Of a stretch of 64,000 nucleotides of DNA, positions 57,801-64,000 are shown piece by piece. Where the stretch lies: the NCBI RefSeq assembly GCF_964355755.1, contig NC_092674.1:5332001-5396000 (forward strand), written 5' to 3'. Source of the stretch: Antedon mediterranea. Its lineage: Eukaryota > Animalia > Echinodermata. The notes beneath the pieces are model-generated. The model worked only from the letters and a program-made list of their open reading frames with translations. It was not told the DNA's origin and ran no database searches. Made by a program: the position numbers and the translations under genes. Positions within the stretch are counted from its first letter, which is position 1. Every line of letters starts with the position of its first letter.

Positions 57801-60800
57801 AAGTGGTTTTTAATTCTAAAGTGAACTAGGTTGTAAAGTAGTTTCCTCAAATTATAAATAATGCTAGTTAAAATACACCACCTTGTGTTGTTTTTCAAAA
57901 TGATAATGTTATTGTTTGTGTTATGATTATTATTCTGGTTTTAAACGCATTACATTACCAGTACACCTTTCAGCCTAGAAAAACTACAGAGTTTTGTATT
58001 ATATGTATAGATTCTAGAGTTTTGAAAGCTGATAAGTAGGATATAAATTACAAGGTAGCAAAATTACATTATATAGTACATCATTTTATTTTCCTCCTCT
58101 ATAAATACACTTGCCCCAAGATTGTATTGTCCTTTTTATGTTAGTCTACCAGTTGTCGTTTTGATTTTTGTATGAAAATCCAGGATTTTACAAGCTCAAA
58201 TAGTATATGTACAGTATGAAATGTCATATGTGCCAAAATATTTATCTTTTTACTAATATTAAGTCAAAACTCTGTCTGGAACCCAGACTATCCTATCGAG
58301 AGAGAACTACTATTATGCCAAATAACTTTATTATATAAATAAAAAAATTGAGTAAAAACTCCACTTGGAACCAAGGCTATCCTATTGAGAGCGAACCTCT
58401 ATAGTATGCAAAATAACTTAATTTTTATTCTGTCACTTTAGGCCGATGCCGCCCTCGACATGGAGAGGAGGAACTTCCACAGGGCCTCTCTACAATATGT
58501 CTTACTTCTGCAAGAAGTGCAAGAGAGAAAGAAGTTTGAGTTTGTAGAAACGGTAAGAGGCTGGCTCAGTTATAAGCCCAATTACATGACAATATCTTTT
58601 CTAAAAAATGTTGCGTTATGTATGGTGGGTACAAAATTTTACATCCTAGTGTTAATTAGAAACGAAGTTGGGCAGGACTACCTGTGGCGGATTTAGGATT
58701 TTGAAATAGGGGTCCCAGGGCTGAGGGTGATGTGATCTTTTGCATTACAACATTCAAAGTTTAGGAGGGGGGTGGTGCCCCACTTAGATTCGCCCTGACT
58801 ACAACCTGACACAAACATTGAGACTATCAACGATTTTTGTCTCCTGAAAATTTAGTTTTATGAATATTTTGTCAATTTTGAGAGAAAATACATAATCTTT
58901 ATTCTATAGTTTTATAACAACTCAACTTTCAAATACAAGTTTTCTCAATCTAGTCATTACTCTTCTGCCCTCTATAAATTATTTAGGTTATTACACCCAC
59001 TACAATGTCTGTGATCTCTGAGAATTCTATTTTTATTCTAACCTTATTGAATGACTCAGTTAAACTGATGTTTAACATTGACCCCTTCAACCAGTTACAT
59101 CATACTTCCTGGTGACCTTCAAAAATTATAATGACCCCAGAAGACAGTTGAATAATATTATGTGGAGGTCTACTAACCAGTATGTGTTGAAAATTCCCCT
59201 TCCCTCCAACGTTGATTGGATCCAGTAGAATAGTTTTATGAATAAATAAAAAAGCATATTATTAGAGGACCTCAAAGGCAATACGTGTACATTTGAATAC
59301 TGTTTAGCCATCTCTCATTCAGAGACATCCATTTTCGTGGAATATTCCATTCAGATGACACTCCCATTCAGACTACACTCCCATTCAGACGACACTCCCA
59401 TTCAGACGACACTCCCATTCAGAAGACACTTGACTTGAAAATGTCCCCGAATAGAGTTTCTATTGTAGATATTTGAATACATTGTAATTATGCCTACTTT
59501 AATATACAGTTAATTCTTGAGCACATTTTTGTTTAAGAACCATCTCTTGTTTAATTGCTTCCTAAAGTATCTCCTGTATTTATTTATTTAATTTATTGTT
59601 TTAATTGATTTTCTTTTCGATTCTAATTTTTTTTTTTTTTAATTGTTATAAATTCTTTTTATTTTAGTTTGATTTTTATTTGTTGTATGTCAAATTGTAT
59701 TTTTGTGAGTGTTCCTAATAATCAGCTTCGCCTGGATGGACCACCCTCGTAAAATATTGTTGAAATAAAATAAAAAATAAATAAAAAGAAGAATCTGTGT
59801 ACTCTACGTAGTTTACTGCAGTAATTATGAATGTACTGCTGTAAATTTAATTTAAAATGGCCTAATTTTAATTTTTCACTGAAAAAAACCAGGTAGATAT
59901 TGAATTAAGTTTAGAAAGGTGATCATTAGATATGTCAGTCAATCAGGCTCGATGAAAATTGAGGTGCATCTTCGGTTGGTACGTCCTTTTCAGATATTAG
60001 TAATATCGGAGGAATTTCCTGTGTCCGTGCGGTGAACTTGACAATCATAATCAGTGTGTTCGCACTGGTGACATGTAATGGTACTGTAAATGGAGATTGT
60101 CATTCGGAAATCAAGTTTCTCATATTGTATGAAGATTTTTAATTGTTTTTGGAGGATTTAAAATTTGTTTTTTTAAAATGCCGTTTGTAAGAAGAGCATC
60201 GTATACATTACTCAATGAGGAAGATCATAATAAGAAAAGAGTTAAAGTAAGGCATAACAAGGTAAAAAAACAATGATTTACAAGGTCTATCATTCACATA
60301 CTGTTGTTTACTTACTGTATGAGTTAAGGTGTGCTCAATGGTATAGAAGGGTTTAAAGTATTAAGACATAGGTAAAACACTGACTTACATAGGTCTATCT
60401 ATCATTCACATAATGCTTTTTACTTTAACTTAATACTGTAGTATATTTTATTGAAGATGATTAATTTTAGCGAAGATGATAAGTTACATAATAAAATTTG
60501 TTTGTTTTTTAGCTTCTTGGATTCATGTACAGTTGGCTGACTTTCTATCATACTGGTAAGTTATTAAATAAAATTAAAATAGTAATAAATAAATATTATA
60601 TAATATTTTTGCACAAAAAATAGTGTTTTTGTATTTTTATTGACATTTTATGCAATTGTAGTTTTCTGGATTTGCTTCTAAAAACAATTTAATATTAGTT
60701 TGGCTACTGATGATATACTTAATATAATTTTTAAAGCTCCCTTCCCTACGTTTTTTAGATCTAATTTAAGATCACAAACTATATTTAATGTAAAAATAAT

Positions 60801-63529
60801 ACTATATGGTCCTATTGCGATAACTTTTTTCGTCTTTAAACGGTTAAAAATGTGAAAAAAGTCGATTCTAATAATTATAGCGGCCCGCTATAAATCCCAA
60901 AATGCATTGCGCGCGGATTGATATTTTTGTTTTTCACCTATAATTCGCCCACTTTTCGATCGATCGTGAGGCCAAAACAAATGGAAGACTCCTAACTTTT
61001 CAGCGAAAATACCGGGTTTTCCCCAATTTGTATCAACGGAGTCTGGCAAAAATAGAAAGACAATTAATGCAGCAACTATACAACGTCAGGCTAGGTATAT
61101 AGCTAGCGTATGATGTTCGTACTTTACCGATGTTTACCAGCTAGGCCTACAAAACTAAGCCTAGCTAGGCTAGGCCTAAGACCGTCCACGAGAGGTCGAT
61201 TGCCGCGAGCTACTTAGGTAGTGCATTGTTTCTCACTTTTTATCATAATTTACCATAAAACGTACATTTAAGACAAGGAATGACATGGTTTAATGTTTTT
61301 AAAGTGATATATATGTATTATTTTCCAAAAAACTTCCAAAATTGCAGGGAAGGGGTCTTTAAAGGTTTGCATGGCAAAATAAAATGTTGATATACAGTTT
61401 GCGGTACACCACGTATATTAATTCTGAACTGTTGAGTTTCTCGATCAATATACATACAGTACTTTGGTCAGTTTCAGGACGTCTCACTTTTGAGGACGAT
61501 CAAGGTATTATATTGATCGAACGTCAGAACTAAATATCAATGGATAATATACTTAATATACAATATTAATATTATTGCATTTAGGATATGAAGTTTCCGA
61601 GGAATTTAAACCGTACATGCAAGAATTACAACAGAAAATACAGAAGGTACACTGTACAGTATTTTAACCCATTTAACATTGCTAAAAGATGTTGTTTTGC
61701 CAATAGATTTTACTAGACATTATATGCATGGAAAGTACTCATAAAATTAAAGCCCTGATGTAGTTAAATTAATTCTACCTTAAAAGTAAATTATCAAAGA
61801 ATTTTTTCCTGCTCTTGTCAATTTCAATGACAGTCAACTCCAGATAGGGCTTTTTGTTTTGGCGTCATGTTTGTTTTAAGGAAACTAGATTGACCCTTTG
61901 TTGATGGGGATAATTGCGTTGACAGTTTTAGGAGAGATTGTACACTGTAGTATAAAATAGAGTGTAACATAATTTCTGTGGAATTTTCATCTACAAATTC
62001 TATGAAAGAAATGTATATTCTCTGCTATTTTATTTTGGACAATGTTATTCTACTGCAGTAACTGCAGTTTGTAAACTCTTTAACCTGTTTAAATGCTATT
62101 ATTTAATAATCATTTTGTTGGTATAATCATGGTATAATAGTCATGTTTATTGCAGGGACGGCCTCATACTTACATTAAACATAAAACTAATATGATACGC
62201 TAATAAATTAGTTATTTCAGTAGAATAATTTTGGTATGATCTCTTACTAAATTTTTGTGCTCATATTTTAATTCTTATTTAGTATTTTAAATAAAAAATT
62301 TGTCCTACATTAACACTTTAACCTACAGTATGATGTAGTCTATTTCGTGCCTAGCTTATCTGGATAAACCAAAAATAGCCTTTTTTCTTGAAAAGAATAA
62401 CTTGGAAAGTAGAATCCCCCTCTCCACAAATGGTAAAGTCCTTGAACTATGCCATTAAGTGGTTACAACGAAAATGATGTAATGTGTACACTAATTTATT
62501 TCCTGTACATAAATTTAAATGACCTTAAGCGTTATAATATATTTAAAGAAAACATCATGAAAATGAGTGATTGATACCAGTTTCTATTCCATGTCCCAAA
62601 TTGTTGGTTGATCTCCCATTTTTTTCCAAAAAGGAAATGATAGAGTTATGAATGTATTCCCACTGTACATTATCTCTGGAAGGGAGGGAAAGGGATATCC
62701 TAATACTCTGCCTTATCCATATGTTATATGCCCATTGGATTTATTCATTTTCTTCTAGGAATTTTTAATTTATTTTTTCCAGGGTACAGTATCTTCATTT
62801 TTCCTAGGCATCTGCATACTGTATTCCACAATTGATCAAATCTGTCTTATGAAGTTAATTCATATTTTATGAAAGAAATGCCTATAATTGAAATCTGGAC
62901 TGATAGGAAAACTTACAACAGTAATAATTTAGTACTTTCTTCCTTTTTGCAGACTAGGGAAAATTTCCAAAGTACACACAATGAGGCAGAGACCCTTATG
63001 CATAAGATGATGGAAGTAAGATTTTCTTGTCTATATTGTTGTAATAACCTACTGTATCTTTAATACCTCTCAACCAGTGGCGTAACACAAGGGGAAAATA
63101 CCCCTGGTTTAGCACTCCTAAGGAACCCTTCAACGCTGAGTAATTGCATTGGATGCCTAATGCTCTGAGACTCCTCATGCTCTGTGGCCCCTTAAGCCCT
63201 TGGGCCTCTTAAGCTCTGGTACCCTTAACCATAAACTGTATGAAAGGGCCACTAGTATGACACGATTCTTTTACAGCACCAGAATAAATCTTTGAAGAAT
63301 TTCATTTAGCTTCAAAGTTTACAGATAAGATTAGTACTTACTCGAACATTGATAACAATCTGATCTAAATAAATGTTTTCAACAAAAACCCATTCTGAAA
63401 ATATGTATAATTATATTCAGACTCTTTTAAATGTTTAAATAATTTGTGTTTCTTCCATGAATACTTAGAGGCCAATGGAAAGAAAGAGTACAACGTGTAT
63501 GGAAGGCTATCTATATGCTATGGAGAAAC
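36832..63529 (+). CDS. GRAF/oligophrenin-family Rho GTPase-activating protein (BAR-PH-RhoGAP; ARHGAP10/26/42/OPHN1 family), 3'-partial. Exons: 36832-36985, 47052-47147, 49058-49119, 55246-55317, 56042-56143, 58442-58552, 60513-60555, 61585-61646, 62953-63015, 63469-63529
   Basis: N-terminus [30 protein letters not shown] is typical of the family. BAR motifs [29 protein letters not shown] and [21 protein letters not shown]; PH domain start [10 protein letters not shown]. Exon phases are consistent. Confidence 0.94.
38149..38470. mobile_element. Non-autonomous element with long TIRs, superfamily unassigned
   Basis: About 50-bp inverted termini CACTTGTCAATTGTATGACCCACTATACG...; many internal TGACGCAC motifs. 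Confidence 0.85.
39556..40238. mobile_element. TIR element (Harbinger-like) nested in a family A MITE
   Basis: Imperfect TIRs GGGCCTGTTCGTAGGGGTTGAAAATA / TATTTTAACCACCGTACGAACACGACC; family A halves lie on both sides. Confidence 0.7.
40446..42070. mobile_element. hAT-like non-autonomous DNA transposon
   Basis: Perfect 14-bp TIR CAGGCCTCGAATTT / AAATTCGAGGCCTG, with subterminal TGGCCT...TGCCC repeats at both ends. No clear 8-bp TSD. Confidence 0.7.
42431..43425 (-). mobile_element. 5'-truncated non-LTR retrotransposon (Rex1/Babar-like, CR1 group), decayed RT C-terminus
   Basis: The minus strand encodes [14 protein letters not shown] and [10 protein letters not shown]...[11 protein letters not shown]...LSW..H, with a disrupted segment between the first two motifs. 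3' tail is (CTTAT)n. Confidence 0.88.
44676..45402. mobile_element. Foldback element: long palindrome with duplicated arms
   Basis: A roughly 180-bp arm is repeated twice and then twice inverted. Termini CAGGG(G)TATTGCTAAACACCGCAAAC; ATA on both flanks. Confidence 0.88.
47267..48198. mobile_element. Harbinger-type deletion derivative nested in a family A MITE
   Basis: TIR core GTTCATATCGAACTTAGGGCGAGATAA at both ends; host TTA duplicated (47264-47266 and 48199-48201); internal short ORF 47543-47851. Confidence 0.82.
51821..53997. mobile_element. Harbinger-type non-autonomous transposon carrying a Helitron fragment
   Basis: Perfect TIR AGGCTGGTTTCCTGTCGACGTAAGAA; TTA TSD at 51818-51820 and 53998-54000; subterminal GGTTTCCTGTAAAATC three times. 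Confidence 0.9.
52518..53540 (+). mobile_element. Helitron copy, 3'-truncated
   Basis: Nearly identical to 17256-17825 over the first ~570 bp, and similar again to about 17990-18220. Confidence 0.82.
55780..55938. mobile_element. Decayed Tc1/mariner-pogo-type MITE
   Basis: Right end GGGAGAGTTGACTG|TA with internal ATACCAGAC repeats; the left end is degenerate. Confidence 0.5.
56165..56450. repeat. Degenerate tandem repeat of about 60 bp
   Basis: CTGCCACTTAG...CTCAACCCAGATCC recurs about four times. Confidence 0.75.
59345..59430. repeat. 17-bp tandem repeat CCATTCAGACGACACTC, about 5 copies
   Basis: Direct inspection of the tandem units. Confidence 0.9.
60735..61358. mobile_element. Kolobok-like non-autonomous DNA transposon
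   Basis: TTAA on both flanks; imperfect TIR AGCTCCCTTCCCT / AGGGAAGGGGTCT beginning with AG. Confidence 0.72.
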
Positions 63530-63579
63530 GTGAGTTATGGTGGACTTGAACATTTTACTATAGTACAGTTTCAAAATTG

Positions 63580-63795
63580 AGTTGGATAGCCGAGTGGTTA
63601 CGACACTTGACTGTCATACAGATAGACTCGGGTTCAATTCCCAACAACTCCCAGTCCACTCAGCTGTAAATGAGTACCTGGTTGAAAATACTAGGGAGAA
63701 AAAAGGCGGCTCCACCCCACCACATAATGCCGAGGCTCATAACAGCTCATTCCCCTACGTTCAGAGAACACGGGACTCACCTTTACCTTTTACAG
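63580..63795 (+). mobile_element. tRNA-derived SINE of a second family, with ACCTTT tail
   Basis: A box TAGCCGAGTGG, B box GGTTCAATTCC, body CCACTCAGCTGTAAATGAGTACC, tail ACCTTTACCTTT. Confidence 0.78.
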
Positions 63796-64000
63796 TTTAA
63801 AATATGTTAATAAACCCACTTGCTCAAATCAGAGATATTATATAGTGAATAAGGCTATACTATAATATCTCTAGAGACTCACTCCCGAGAACGATCAAAG
63901 CGTATTGATCAAATAAACATCCCAATTGAAATACACAATGGGCTTGCCTCACTTCTGAGTTTGTTTATATTATCAAATATCAAGCTAGGGGACCATATAG

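Overview
AT-rich, intron-rich eukaryotic DNA from an animal, probably an invertebrate. It is not prokaryotic, so most ORF-track entries are exon fragments or repeat artefacts. Manual splicing (GT-AG, phases checked) gives four genes: the 3' 20 exons of condensin subunit SMC4 (+, 120-11534), a complete ZNF330/NOA36 (+, 13348-19380, 331 aa), a CNBD2-like tandem cyclic-nucleotide-binding-domain gene largely missed by the ORF track (-, 20686 to at least 29700), and the 5' 10 exons of a GRAF/oligophrenin-family RhoGAP (+, from 36832, running off the window). Introns hold non-autonomous mobile DNA: two abundant PIF/Harbinger-type MITE families, larger Harbinger, Kolobok-like and hAT-like elements, Helitrons, Deu/Nin-domain tRNA SINEs, a Rex/Babar-type LINE fragment and minisatellites, often nested. 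The most notable signals are (1) pervasive TA-CAG-TA, TA-CTG-TA and TA-GGCC-TA micro-insertions that look like accumulated transposon excision footprints, shown by comparing repeat copies and reaching even splice donors; (2) a 5S rRNA-like sequence with apparently compensated helices, fused to a tRNA-like module just after the SMC4 stop; (3) two minimal Penelope-type hammerhead ribozyme motifs. All family names come from motif recognition, not database searches.
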